Source: Macrostomum lignano (lineage: Eukaryota). From it: 64,000 nucleotides of DNA. Below, piece by piece: positions 24,001 through 45,888 of this stretch (the stretch's first letter is position 1; each line of letters begins with the position of its first letter). The translations under genes were made by a program, and so were the position numbers. The stretch is from NCBI GenBank assembly GCA_002269645.1, contig NIVC01000952.1:551220-615219 (forward strand). Direction: 5' to 3'. The notes below the pieces were generated by a model, which was not told the DNA's origin, made no database searches, and saw only the letters and a program-made list of their open reading frames with translations.

Positions 24001-27000
24001 AATAATGCGAGATTGTCAGGTAGATTAATGCGATATTTTCAGGTAGATTTATGCGAGATTCTCAGGTTGATTTATGCGATATTTTCAGGTAGATTTATGC
24101 GAGATTCTCAGGTAGATTTATGCGAGATTCTCAGTTAGATTTATGCGAGATTCTCAGGTAGAATAATGCGAGATTGTCAGGTAGATTAATGCGAGATTCT
24201 CAGGTAGATTTATGCGAGATTCTCAGGTAGATTTATGTGAGATTTCAGTTAGATTCGGAGATCAATAAGTTAATTATCCTTTATTAGGGCTAAACGTGAC
24301 CAAGTGTCTCACCGAGTCAGAATCCATTTATAAAACTGCTTCTGTTGGCGGCTCATCTCCACGCGCAGGATGCTCTCAGTCTTGGGCGGCAGGCTTTTCT
24401 CCACATCCTTTTTCACCCGGCGCAGTAGGTACGGCTCCAGCAGCTTGTGAAGGCCTTCAAATCCTTTGTTATTGTCGCCGTGATCCTCCTCGAAGTCCGG
24501 CCAACTGTGGAATGTGTCGGGCTGGATGAAGTGCAGCAGGGCCCACAGCTCGCGCAGGCTGTTCTGCAGCGGAGTGCCCGTGACCAGCAGGCGGGTGTTG
24601 GTCTTGAAGTCGATCAGAGTCTTGTACAGCAGGCTGTCGTCATTCTTCAGACGGTGCGCCTCGTCAACGCCAAGGAGGGCCCAGGAGACGGCGCCAAGCC
24701 AGCCGCGGTCCTTCAGCAGGATCTCGTAGGTGGTCAGGCACACGTTGAATTTGAGACGCCTGTTCACCTGAATAGATGGGTTGGATTGCAGCTGTTGGCC
24801 GACTGCCTCAGTCCTTTAGATGGTTAATGGGAATTGCTCAGAGTGCCTATGGCTAAGGGGGAATTGCTGAGAGTGCCTATGCCTAAGGGGGAATTGCTGA
24901 GAGTGCCTATGCCTAAGGGGGAATTGCTGAGAGTGCCTATGCCTAAGGGGGAATTGCTCAGAGTGCCTGCGGCTAAGGGGGAATTGCTCAGAGTGCCTGC
25001 GGCTAAGGGGGAATTGCTCAGAGTGCCTATGCCTAAGGAGGAATTGCTCAGAGTGCCTGCGGCTTAAGGGGGAATTGCTCAGAGTGCCTGCGGCTAAGGG
25101 GGAATTGCTTAGAGTGCCTGCGGCTAAGGGGGAATTGCTCAGAGTGCCTATGCCTAAGGGGGAATTGCTCAGAGTGCCTATGCCTAAGGGGGAATTGCTC
25201 AGAGTGCCTGCGGCTAAGGGGGAATTGCTCAGAGTGCCTATGCCTAAGGGGGAATTGCTCAGAGTGCCTATGCCTGGGGGGAATTGCTCAGATGGCCTGT
25301 GGCTCATGGGGAATTGCTCAGAGTGCCTGCGGCTCATGGGGAATTGCTCAGATGGCCTGTGGCTCATGGGGAATTGCTCAGATGGCCTGTGGCTCAGGGG
25401 CAATTGCTCAGATCGCTTGCAACTTAGAGCGCATTGCTGAAGTAGCACAAGATTCAGTTCGGGAGCCTTCAGAAAGAATCGAATATGGCAAAATATATAA
25501 AAATCATTCCATCAAATCTGGTCAATTTAACGCACCTGCTGCCATTCGTAGCTGCGAATAATATTCCTAGAGTCCACGTCGCCCAGGTACAAAATAACAT
25601 TCATCTGCGGGGCCCAGTTGGCGAATTCTCGCTTCCAGCCAATCACGGTAGACAGCGGCACAACCAATAGGAACGGGCCGTAGATCTCGTGCTCGTGGAA
25701 CAGCACAGATAGGAAGCAGATGGTCTGGATGGTCTTGCCGAGGCCCATCTCGTCGGCTAGGATGGACGAGTAGCCTCTGGTCCAGGAGTGATAGAGCCAG
25801 TTCACTCCGTCTAGCTGGTAGTCCCGGAGTCGATTCTCGGCGTTCTCGGGCGACATGTACTTTGGCTGCGACTTCAGCTGGCGAAACTTTGGCCGATATT
25901 TCAACGCCTGGTTGAAGAATTGAAGAAAATATGCTTTAACGTTACTAATAGTAGTCAAATCTTTCTAAGGCAGGGTCAGCAAAGTTTTTTACCGCAAGGG
26001 CTAGAGAGAACCTAGCGCACGACTCCGGACCAAAGGAGGGGAAAGAGAGAGAGGACAGAGAGGAGAGATAAGACATGAGTGAATAAAGGAGAAGAGAAGA
26101 GACAAAGTAGGACAGGAGAGAGGAAAGGAGAAGAGAGGAGAGAAGAGAGGAGGAGAGAAGAGGAGATGAGGGGAGAAAGGTGAAGAGAGAGAAGACAGGA
26201 GAGGAGAGAGAATAGGAGAGAGGTGGAGAGAGAAGACAGGAGAGAGAAGAGAGAAGGGAGGAAACGAGAGGAGAGAAGAAGAGAGAAGGGAGGAGAGGAG
26301 AGGAGAGGAGAGGAGAGAAGGGAGGAAACGAGAGGAGAGAAGAAGAGAGAAGGGAGGAGAGGAGAGGAGAGGAGAGAATAAGAGAGAAGGGAGGAGAGGA
26401 GAGGAGAGAAGAAGAGAGAAGGGAGGAGAGGAGAGAAGAAGAGAGAAGGGAGGAGAGGAGAGAAGAGGAGAGAAGGGAGAGAGGAGAGAAGAGGAGGAGG
26501 GAGAGGAGAAGAGAGAAGGGAGGAGAGGAGAGAAGAGGAGAGAAGGGAGGAGAGGAGAGAAGAGGAGAGAAGGGAGGAGAGGAGAGAAGAGGAGAGAAGG
26601 GAGGAGAGGAGAGAAGAGGAGAGAAGGGAGGAGAGGAGAGGAGAGAAGAGGAGAGAAGGGAGGAGAGGAAGAGAGAAGGAGAGAGGAGAGGAGAGAAGGG
26701 AGGAGAGGAGAGGAGAGGAGAGAAGAGGAGAGAAGGGAGGAGAGGAGAGGAGAGAAGAAGAGAGAAGGGAGGAGAGGAGAGGAGAGGAGAGAAGAAGAGA
26801 GAAGGGAGGAGAGGAGAGGAGAGGAGAGAAGGGAGGAGAGGAGAGGAGAGGAGAGAAGAAGAGAGAAGGGAGGAGAGGAGAGAAGGGAGGAGAGGAGAGG
26901 AGAGGAGAGAAGAAGAGAGAAGGGAGGGGAGGAGAGGAGAGAAGAAGAGAAGAGATAGGAGACTATTAGAGATGAGAGCTGACAAAGACAAAAATTCAAC

Positions 27001-30000
27001 GGGCCGGACTGCTATTGTAAAGTTTTAAAGGACCCGAGGGTCGGATAGAGGCTTAGCTGCTCAAAAGTGTTCTCATTTAAATTCTTCAAATCAGCAGTAT
27101 ACTACCGAAAGTGTGAAATATTCCTTTGTTTGCGGGATATTCTCAATTTATTCCCAAACGACTGGCAGTAGAAATACAAAAGTACAACATTTTCTAAAGC
27201 ATGCTACAGTTCGAGGACGCTCGCTAACTTCTGTATTCTACCGCAGCTCTCAGAGTCAAAAATTAGAAAAATTTGGTAGCAACTCCAAAGCCAAACCTTG
27301 CAGTTCCTATTCGGCAGAGTCTGCGCCTTCAGGCGGGTCTCGTACTCCTCAACTGCGCTTAGAAACAGCTTAGTAACCAGCTGGCCGTCCTCCCAGCTGC
27401 ACTCGGAGTAGGGCAGGCCGGCCCATTTGCAATAGTAGTCTGAGTAGCCGCCGGCTGGGGCCTTGGAGTGCGCCACCACCCGCTCCACCTGGCGGTGCTC
27501 GGCCAGCAGGTTCTCATTCACCTCCTCGTGGTAATTGAAGCTCTCCAGCTCCTCCGGGGTGGCCGTCTTCTTCCATTCTCTGATTTCTTCGATTCTCTGC
27601 TTGAAGTTCACGATCTTCTTCAGGCCGTCAACGCACTTGTGCGCCAGGCTGTCCATGGACTCCCAGGTGTTGTGCAGGTGCGACCAGCCGCGCCACTTGA
27701 TGAAGAATTGCACATCGCCATCCTCCTGGCTCGGGTCGAAGCCGTCGTTGGGATCGCGCTCCTCCAGCACGTTGTAGAATGTGGTCTTGTCCCCGGTGGC
27801 GCCCTGGGGTGCGCAGGTTGGAGACGGGTGGATTGGGGTGGGGTGGCTCGGAGATTGGGATGGGGTGGCTGGCGATTGGGGTGGGGTGGCTGACGATTGG
27901 GGTGGGTGGCTGGGAGATTGGGGTGGGGTGGCTGGGGGATTGGGTCGGGGTGGCTGAGGGATTGGGTCGGGGTGGCTGAGGGATTGGGTCGGGGTGGCTG
28001 GGGGATTGGGGTGGGGTGGCTGGGGGATTGGGGTGGGGTGGCTGGGGATTGGGGTGGGGTGGCTGGGGATTGGGGTGGGGTGGCTGGGGATTGGGGTGGG
28101 GTGGCTGGGGATAGGGGTGGGGTGGCTGGGGGATTGGGGTGGCTGGCTGGGGATTGGGGTGGCTGGGGATTGGAGTGGGGTGGCTGGGAGATTGGGGTGG
28201 GGTGGCTGGGAGATTGGGGTGGGGTGGCTGGGAGATTGGGGTGGACAAACAGGTGGAGCCGCCCAGAGCGGCAGGCTGTTACCTTGCGGCCAACCCGATA
28301 GTTGAGCACCCGCTCAATGCCTTCAGCATCCTCGGTAGGCGGCGCCAGGAAGTCGGAGTGAGAGAGCCGGGCCTCCATCTCCTCCTGCGACGGCTCGCCG
28401 GCCAAGTCGGGCTCGTTATCATTGTCCGAGTCGTCCGAATCGCTGCGGGAGTTCGAATGAGCGCAGCAGGTGAGCACTCGAGGTAGGTAAAGAAAGCTAG
28501 AATACAAAAGTCACGACAGGAACGGCGAGATAGACTCGTGCTCAAAAAAGGTTGAATGCGGTGTTTAAAAGCTTCTACAATAGAAGAGTGACAATAAATC
28601 CGACTACGATTTCGTACAGTTCAGTCAAATAAATCAAAGCAGTTGGCTATAAGGATAGAGTGTGCATAAAATAACGTGCGAGAGCTTAGCAACTGCTGAT
28701 TAATGTTAATATAACTTTAACTGACTGTTACCTAATCACAGCAAGATACTTTAAGGATTGCATACTAACCGCTACCAACTTTGCTTAACCTGCTAAAAAG
28801 GATTTTTTAAAAATCTGTCAGGGCAAATTCCTGATCCCCCATGATAGCTCCGCCGCCAAGGATCAGAACAGAATTGCTAACCGCCACCAAGAACGCGCAG
28901 TGCCGCTACCAGGTAATGAGCTGCTACAGGTGAACTACAAGAGCATTGCCAACCGAAAATAGGCGCTAAGCCAGATGGAGCTTAAATAAACACAATAAGC
29001 GTAGTAAAAATTGCGGATACAATCCAGATACAAACAGAGAGACAACGCACGGCACCTCTTTTGAGCAGTCTTGGCGCCCAGACTGTGAGAAGAGAACTTT
29101 CTCAGCGGCCTCAGAGCGGCCTCGGAGGCGCCCCTGCGGTGGGTGACAGAGGCTCGGGCTGCATTGTACAATCCTGCATAATAAACCAGCATATTGCAGT
29201 ACCGCATGCCCCAGCATGTGGCACCGGGGTTGCGGATGCCAAGTTAGAAAAGATTTTTCACCTGGTCTCCGGCCGTTTACCGGCGCCTCGGGTCCCCGCT
29301 GCCTGGCGCGGCGGAGCGTCCGTAGCCGTCCGCAGCATGGGGTGCAGCTTGTTGCTCGGCTTCAGCTGGCCGCCACCGGATGATCGCTGGCCGTGCTGCT
29401 GCTGCTGCTGCTGCGACCTGCGCGGCGCCGCTGACTCCGCCACGTAGTCGCCGTCATCGGAGCTTGCATCGACCTTGGCATCTTCGCCAGACGTCGACAG
29501 CTCTCTGTAGCTGCGCACTCGGCCGCTGCTACGGCGTGACGACCGGAGCTGCCGCTGCTTCTTCTGCGATTGCGCTGAGGCGGCGCTGCCACCTCGCCGG
29601 CGCTTCCTGGCCGCGGCTGGTGCCGGCAAAGACGAGGAAGACGAAGACGTGGCGTCGTCATCGGAAGACGAGCCGGCGGCGGCTGCCGAGTTCAAACGGG
29701 TCGACGAGCCGCCGTCGTCATCGTCGCTAGAGTTGGCGCCGTTGTCTTCGTCCGACAGGCTAAAGGTGACGCCACTGCGCCTGCGCCGCTTGCCGCCGCT
29801 GGCTGAGGCGCTGCCGCGGCGTCGCTTGCGCTGAGCGAACAGCTGCTGCTGCTGTGGATGCGGGTGCTGTGGGTGGCCGCCGCCCGCCTCGTCGCTGTCC
29901 TCTTCGTCCTCGTGCCCGACGGCCAGCCGGGTGGGCTTTTGGCGGCTGCGTCCGGACCGGCGGACGCCCCACAGCTCCGGGTCATCTTCGATGGCCGCGC

Positions 30001-30844
30001 GGAGCGACTCGCCGCCACCGCTGAAAGCGAAACAAGTGAAGGAGAGCGGAGCGCTGGAGCTCAGCCTGAGCCTGGTAGCAATATCCCCACCCATCAGTGA
30101 TATCCTCACCCATCAGCAATATCCCCACCCATCAGTGATATCCTCACCGATCAGCAATATCCCCACCCATCAGCGCAATATCCCCACTCATCAGCAATAT
30201 CCCGGCCCATCAGCAATGCCCATCCATAAAGATGCAAGTCCTACCTGCCAGAGCCAGTCCTGCCGGCCCGCTGCTGCTTAACAGGAGCAGTGTGCCTTCT
30301 CTGATGCGGCAGGCGCTTGGAAGACTCCGAAGTTGATGAGGCAGCGGCTGGGGAGGAGGAATTGCTGCTGGCATCCTCAGTCTCCTTCAGCTGCTGCGGC
30401 TTCTGTTCATCGTCGCTGTCGCTGAGGCGGCCCCGGCGCTTGCCGCCACTGCTGGCAGCTTTTGGCGCCGGTTTCGCCTTCTGCTGCTTCAACTGTTGTT
30501 GCTTCAGCTGCTGGCGCTGCTGGCGTGCTCTGGTGGCCCTCCTGCTGGCCTCTGAACTGCGGTCAGACTCATCTTCTGAAGAGCTGCTAACTGCTGCTGC
30601 TGGGGGGCCGCCAGCTGATGCAGAAGCTGACCCAGCTGATGTAGCTATGGCTGCTGCAGCTGTTGCTGCCTCTTCATCACTAAAAGTTTTGGTTATTCAT
30701 CAAGTTAGAGCTACATAGTTGACTAGAAATATATAAAAATGCTTCTGAAAATTGAAAAAAAAACATATTTGCTTACTCATCTTCTTTCTTTTCTGTGTCA
30801 CCATGCTTGCCAAACAAATTTGGATTAAAGTCAGCGATATCCAG
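12029..30844 (-). CDS. CHD1: chromodomain-helicase-DNA-binding protein 1 (about 1,800 aa; 5' end not fixed)
   Basis: GT-AG, phase-consistent exons: 30844-30777, 30679-30245, 30071-29262, 28442-28283, 27803-27297, 25907-25536, 24767-24313, 15416-14943, 14777-14420, 14082-13840, 13641-13070, 12968-12029. Double chromodomain ([17 protein letters not shown]; [16 protein letters not shown]), SNF2 ATPase ([45 protein letters not shown]), SANT/SLIDE and C-terminal DUF4208 ([10 protein letters not shown]...WTFVSYFT). Confidence 0.95.
13680..13832. repeat. (GACT/GCCT)n microsatellite filling a CHD1 intron
   Basis: Direct reading; intron 13642-13839. Confidence 0.9.
14177..14302. repeat. 17-bp perfect inverted repeat in a CHD1 intron
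   Basis: tcgaaccaaggaccact (14177-14193) and agtggtccttggttcga (14286-14302). No TSD seen. Confidence 0.75.
14800..14882. repeat. 21-bp minisatellite x4
   Basis: Unit ggatgtttagcttccggttga/g, in intron 14778-14942. Confidence 0.85.
15461..16471. repeat. 23-bp satellite, left arm
   Basis: Unit gatttatgcgagattctcaggta/tt; resumes at 22622. Confidence 0.95.
16750..20110. repeat. 23/24-bp array inside Helitron unit B
   Basis: Unit tttgacatggtggctctttaatg. Shorter arrays at about 20520-20800 and 21640-22010. 18-bp tagcaagcatcccccaga blocks at about 16615-16705, 20160-20480 and 21460-21545. Confidence 0.92.
20851..20913 (-). other. tRNA-Ser(GCT)-derived Pol III-type module within a Helitron (not a functional tRNA)
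   Basis: rc tagcctagatgcgaacagactggactgctaatgtagcgacctgggttcgaatcttag: A-box-like TAGCCTAG, TGGACTGCTAAT anticodon loop, and a paired T-arm with GGTTCGAATC. No acceptor stem. Confidence 0.6.
21392..22621 (-). mobile_element. non-autonomous Helitron, unit A (1,230 bp)
   Basis: Preceded by A, starts 5'-TCCTATATCCTAAAAATGAG at 22621, has a (TGTA)n microsatellite, and ends with the same hairpin and CTAG at 21392, abutting unit B head-to-tail. Confidence 0.85.
22068..22130 (-). other. second tRNA-Ser-derived module (Helitron unit A)
   Basis: Near-identical to 20851-20913. Confidence 0.6.
22622..24250. repeat. 23-bp satellite, right arm
   Basis: Same unit as 15461-16471. Joining the arms regenerates ctcaggtagga|ttttgtgagatt. 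Confidence 0.95.
24829..25410. repeat. 30-bp minisatellite (about 19 copies)
   Basis: Unit gggggaattgctcagagtgcctatgcctaa; intron 24768-25535. Confidence 0.92.
26035..26985. repeat. about 0.9-kb polypurine GA repeat
   Basis: Almost only A/G on the plus strand (gagaagggaggagaggag...); intron 25908-27296. Confidence 0.92.
27828..28243. repeat. G-rich about 20-bp minisatellite
   Basis: Unit ggggtggggtggctggggatt; intron 27804-28282. Confidence 0.9.
30076..30222. repeat. degenerate about 20-bp minisatellite
   Basis: Unit catcagcaatatccccaccc; intron 30072-30244. Confidence 0.8.
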
Positions 30845-32377
30845 CTGTGGAAAAATATTTTCAAATAATGTCATTATTAATAAAGCAATGAACAACATAG
30901 ATTACACTAAAAAACTGAAGACAAAAAGCTTACAAGGGACATCACAGCTTCTTAAATGGTTTAGTATATACTCTGAAATTGAAATAATTTTTGGTGAAAA
31001 TAGATTGTACATTATTAATTAAAACGAAGAATTTATCAATCTAAATGACTAAAAAACAATTTAAAGAATATAAACTAAATATTCAAAAGGCAATAAGTTG
31101 TAAGAAAAAAGGAAATAATAGGAAATTACTTAACCTAAAATTTATAGCATAGATAAAATATATAATACACAACAATGTCTTTTAACCTAAAAAAATCCTA
31201 TGTATATCATTGACAGCTTAAAATATGTTATAATTCTATTGTATTATAATATAGTTAAAAATATTAAACATAGTATATAATGTTACAAAAGTTTGTTTAA
31301 AAAAAATGTCCAACTATTAAGGTCTGCATAATAATTATATTTATAGACAAAAATATTGATATATATATACCAACTCTTTTAAATAAAAAATAATTTATTT
31401 TAGTCAAATCAAAAAATGCTCATATTCAATAAATATGAAAATATTTTAAAAAACTATCATAATAAGTTGAAAATACTGTTTAACTTTAAATTAGGCCCTC
31501 ATATAAGTAGGGCTTACATATTGACATTTTGGTATCTTTTTAAAATATTAGGCTACAATCAATAAAATAAATTCAATGAATATATTATATACATTTATTT
31601 TCAAAATATTAATTTTGTATAACTAATGTTAAATGGTTTTTATTAGAAAAATGATATATTGAGAATAGAAAGTTTAAATACTAGGGTCAAAGCATGAATT
31701 TATATTGCTATACCATTATCATGCTAAACCAAAGTAGAAATTATTGATTAATTAATTATTGTTATACTGACTATATAAAATTGGCAATTTTGGTTTTAAA
31801 GGGACTAGATTCATACATATTGTATTTCTTTTTTCTTTTTATATTATTTATTAAGTCATATAAACCTAGCATATAAATTAGCCTAGCTTTGAAACCTTTA
31901 CTTTAGTTGGAAAATCAACTCCTAAATAAATTATCTGAGCTAGATTAGTTTAGAACTAAAAATGAAACAATAGACCACTAGAAAAAAATCATGTAAAAAA
32001 CAATTAAAATACTAAAAACTGATTAACACAGCAAAACACAGTAGGCCCCCCCCCTATTTTAAGTCTTCAAAATCACATCATAGGCAACAGAGGCCAAAAA
32101 GGTAAGGCTAGGCAACTAGCCCATGTATAATAAAAACTAGGCCCTAAGAATTTTAAGTTCGTCATGTTAAGAGTTTAAACTGAGAGTTTTTTATGCATTC
32201 CACTAAAAAACAATAATGTGACTTACGAAAACTAATATTAGACTACCTAGACAAGAGCGCAATTATGTGGGGTATGGAGATTCTTAATCCAAAGTGTCAA
32301 ACTCAATTATGAATTAAACGTTCATTTTTGAAAATGTAAGTGACCAAAACATCATGAGTAGTTTCAACGAAACTTAC

Positions 32378-32473
32378 TTGAATTGTAAAGTATAAATGAA
32401 CAGCTCCCTTCCAGCAATAACGTTTCTTAAATAACGAAAAAACAACAGGAGAATCTCTCAATCTCTCATGCAT
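32378..32473 (-). CDS. candidate first exon of CHD1 (may be 5' UTR)
   Basis: ATG-initiated 32-codon open frame ending at a consensus donor CAA|gtaagt, phase 0, matching the exon at 30844. No homology support. Confidence 0.3.
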
Positions 32474-33868
32474 ACAACTGACAACTAAAAAATCTTTTTT
32501 TGTCGAAGTCTAACATGCTGAAGCAACAATTAGTTTACTAAACAGAAACAATCGTAATTAATTTTAAGGAGATTTGGCCTTTTTTCGCAAAAAATGTATA
32601 CGACAATTGGTACTAAAATACATCAGTTCTTTTTATTTGTTAAATTTTACTCCTTGCGTAAGTTTTGAGTCCGATACTTAAAGTATTATTTTTTTATGTC
32701 AAGAATTGCTACGTACCCAAAATTATGTGTAAGAAAATTCTTAGTGTAAGCATTTCGTATTCTCTTTTGCTATCGTGGAGTCCCTTGAAATATCTTTCTT
32801 CTCTCTACCTTTGTAAGGTTCTTTATCTTTATTAGCCGTTCTTGAAAGTAATCTGTACTTACGAACAAAAAAATAAAACAAACGATCAGACAAGAAATTA
32901 AAAAAAAATTGTGAAGTACTGATGCCAGTTAGCATATTTTCTTAATTTAGTTTTTTATCGCTGCAAAGGTTTGAATCTGGTAAAAGAATCGGTTTATATA
33001 TTATGAACTTATAAGTTGTACTGGAATTTAATCAGAGTAAATTCGCTAATATTTTTTAAAATCAGAAAATGTTACTCTCTTCCGTCTCTCTCTTGGTCTC
33101 CGTGTATTATAATTTCAAAATGAAACTTGTAGACACATGCAAGTAGAGCTCTTATGTCCCTGAGATTGGGGGCTCAACAAACACAGGTTTTTTATGCGGT
33201 TGTTGGGGCTAAAGCTAGGATGAATGCAGTTTTTGCCAGTTCTTGTTTAGTAGTTTTACTATAAATAAATGTCAAATGAGAATGAGATACTGTTAATGAG
33301 GGATATAGGTTAAGAAATTTCAGTCATTTTTTACTCTCCCACTCTACTATAGTACATAAATGATGGGGAACTGTTGTGATTCGAGTTAAAATCATATAGA
33401 AAATTTATTTTAGGGATTTTTAGCTATAGTCCATTAGTCCATATGCTTGGATATGATTCAGATTTTTATTTGGCTATATGACTTACTTTTTAACAAAAAT
33501 GTGACTTATTTATATAAGACTTCCTAATAAAGAAAAATTAACTCCAGTTTTGGGTAAATTGTTGGAGTAACTATGACTTCATTATTAAGGCTAAATTCCT
33601 CATCAGCTAGTTAATATATATTAGGCCTATGCCTATATTTTTGGGTTGGCATTTTTTGCAACTTTTCCTTGGCCAGACCTCTTGCCACCTCGCCAAATTG
33701 GCCAGGTTGGCCAGGTGTTATACATGTATTAGTCTATTTTATAGTCAAGAGTCATAATTATTTACTTTAAGCATTGTATAAATATAATAGTGCTTACAAT
33801 CCATATATTGTATAATGTATAGATTACATGAACTTAATAAATAGCTACATTTTCACTTCAAATTCCAG

Positions 33869-43034
<9,166 letters not shown>

Positions 43035-44727
43035 GCGGCTTCCTGGGGATGGAAAATTGCAGGACAAATTATTTACATTTACTCTATTATTGACACGCAG
43101 GAATCTCGCAACGCGATCCATTACATTCCAATTTTTTTGTTTTTCTGTTTTTTTCTTTATACTAAAGTTAAAGTTCGTTGTTTAAACTCAGCTAGTTGGA
43201 ATATGATATTGGAATTATAAAATACATGGCCATTGCATTGTATTGGCGTAAACACATTTCAAATGGCCTTGCTACATGTAGGCAGACCTGGACTCTCAGC
43301 TTGTCGATGCGAGCTTGTTTATTTTAATCTAAGTTTTAATATCTAGCGAACACCCCGGTTGGAGGTTCTCCTCTCTGTTGCCTTTCGGCTGAAGATTTGC
43401 AAATCTTCATGCAAATTTGATCATATTTTGCTAAACTCTGTGAGGCAGAGCTGAGCCTTTGGTAGAGAGTGACTCATATCCAATGCACTCTTGATGCACT
43501 CTGGTAGAGATTGGCTCATATCCAATGCACTCTGGTAGAGAGTGGCTCATATCCAATGCACTCTTGCTGCACTCTGGTAGAGAGTGGCTCATATCCAATT
43601 CACTCTGGTAGAGAGTGGCTCATATCCAATGCACTCTGGTAGAGAGTGGCTCATATCCAATGCACTCTTGCTGCACTCTGGTAGAGATTGGCTCATATCC
43701 AATGCACTCTGGTAGAGAGTGGCTCATATCCAATGCACTCTGGTAGAGAGTGGCTCATATCCAATGCACTCTTGATGCACTCTGGTAGAGAGTGGCTCAT
43801 ATCCAATGCACTCTGGTAGAGAGTGGCTCATATCCAATGCACTCTTGCTGCACTCTGGTAGAGATTGGCTCATATCCAATGCACTCTGGTAGAGAGTGGC
43901 TCATATCCAATGCACTCTGGTAGAGAGTGGCTCATATCCAATGCACTCTGGTAGAGAGTGGCTCATATCCAATGCACTCTGGTAGAGAGTGGCTCATATC
44001 CAATGCACTCTGGTAGAGAGTGGCTCATATCCAATGCACTCTGGTAGAGAGTGGCTCATATCCAATGCACTCTGGTAGAGAGTGGCTCATATCCAATGCA
44101 CTCTGGTAGAGATTGGCTCATATCCAATGCACTCTTGCTGCACTCTGGTAGAGAGTGGCTCATATCCAATTCACTCTGGTAGAGATTGGCTCATATCCAA
44201 TGCACTCTTGCTGCACTCTGGTAGAGAGTGGCTCATATCCAATGCACTCTGGTAGAGATAGGCTCATATCCAATGCATTCTTTCTGCACTCTGGTAGAGA
44301 GTGGCTCATATCCAATGCACTCTGGTAGAGATTGGCTCATATCCAATGCACTCTGGTAGAGATTGGCTCATATCCAATGTGTGCGACTGTGACTGAGACT
44401 GCGCACTCTATCATTTTATTTTTTACTCTAGCCTCAAGGTTAGCAGTCAAGCAAAGACTGTGTGTGTGCGTGTTTCTGTCTATGTCATAGAATGCTATAT
44501 ATTTTGTATTTACTGTATTTTTTATGCTGAGAGCCAAGCCCGCAATTAAGCAATATAAGAGCCTGGAACAGAGGAATTCTAGACAAGCCTAACGCACAGG
44601 CAGACTTGTTGCTACAATATGGAAGACCTTCTCTTTGCCTTCCGTTAGCTGAATCACAGTCCGCTTCATAGGCAGCACAATGCACTCTTGCTGCACTCTG
44701 GTAGAGAGCGGCTTACAAGCAATGCAC

Positions 44728-45888
44728 CAATGCCGTCTACAGTAGGGCGAGGTCGTCCGCGTAGCCGAGGAGGGACAGCCTCTTCTCTGAGTGTCGCCGA
44801 CTGGTGCGCCTTTGCAGTAGGAAGCCGTCCTCTGCGGTCGGCAGGCCGGTCTTGAGCACCCAGTCCATTAGCAAAACAAAGGAAGGGCACTTCCTCTTTG
44901 TTTGCGCAGTGGCACCCTGCAGCACTTTAGAGGTTGTGCTGAACAGGTCCGACGGTCCGTCTGGCGTCGCTATCGCAGCGGTGGTGTCCTGGTACAGCGC
45001 CGTGATGGCGGGAGATCAGCTGCTGCGGTACGTTGTAGGCACGGAGCTCGTGAGGCAGCACACCGCGGGCCACCGAGTCGAAAGCCTTGAGGAAGTCAAA
45101 AAAGAAAAGATGACAACTAGGCTTGACTGGTGGAGCGGCGGAGGGCCAGGATCTGCGTCACTGTCCGACGACGATCAGGCTGAAACCCGTTCTGCTCGTA
45201 CCGCAGGTACGGGTCCAGCACAGGCTGTAACCATGCTAACAGCACCCGGTTGAACAGCTTCGCAGCGCAGGACACAAGCGAGATCCCGCGATGCTTCTCC
45301 ATCCGTGTGGCTCCCGGCTTCTTTGGGATGCCGACGATGTTGGCATGGGTCCACTCGTGGGGCGCGGCACCTTCCGCTAGGACGCCGTTCATCACGCGGG
45401 CCACCTCCATGGCAACCCTTGTGACTCTCAGCGTCTTGACGGGGACTTCGTCCGGACCGGGGTTGCGGCCTTCCGGTGCCTTGCGAACGAACTCCGCGTC
45501 AGTGCTGGTCACCGGACTGGTGTCTTGATCTTGCAGGGCGCGGAAATATCTTCTGGGGCGTTTTGTCCGCCTGTACAGCGGGTCGGAAAGCCGCAGGTCG
45601 CAGTAGAGCAGGCGGTGATCGGACCGGATGGCCAGGGGTTTCACGGTGTCGCAGTTCTTCAGCCGACTGCGTTCACGGTAGCGAACCAGCACGTGGTCGA
45701 GCTGCGCGAGGCGGGTCGTGGCGAAACGGCCTCGGGCGTTTCGCCTCCTTCGCGCTTGCAGCCGGCGAAGGTCGCCAGCCGGTAGGGCGGTTTACGGAAA
45801 CGCGTACTGGCCGACAACAGGTCGAGCCTCGCCATCAGGTCCGTTAGCGCGGTGGTGTTGGCGTTCTGGCGTGGCGACTGGTAGAAAG
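44728..45888 (-). mobile_element. degraded RTE-type non-LTR retrotransposon fragment, copy 1 (APE C-half to RT YADD)
   Basis: QLDHVLV...SDHRLL (APE); PGPDEVP, GISLVSCAAKLFNR, QNGF, GVLQG and GYADDLALL (RT). Several frameshifts. Confidence 0.85.

Noticed and set aside
25945-26999. Leu/Ser/Pro-rich ORFs of 332-348 aa
   Set aside because: Artefact of the polypurine tract.
44700-44735. 31-bp satellite originating from the LINE RT sequence
   Set aside because: LINE similarity seems to stop at about 44728 (TVDG). The rest is better explained as a degenerate satellite monomer at the junction.
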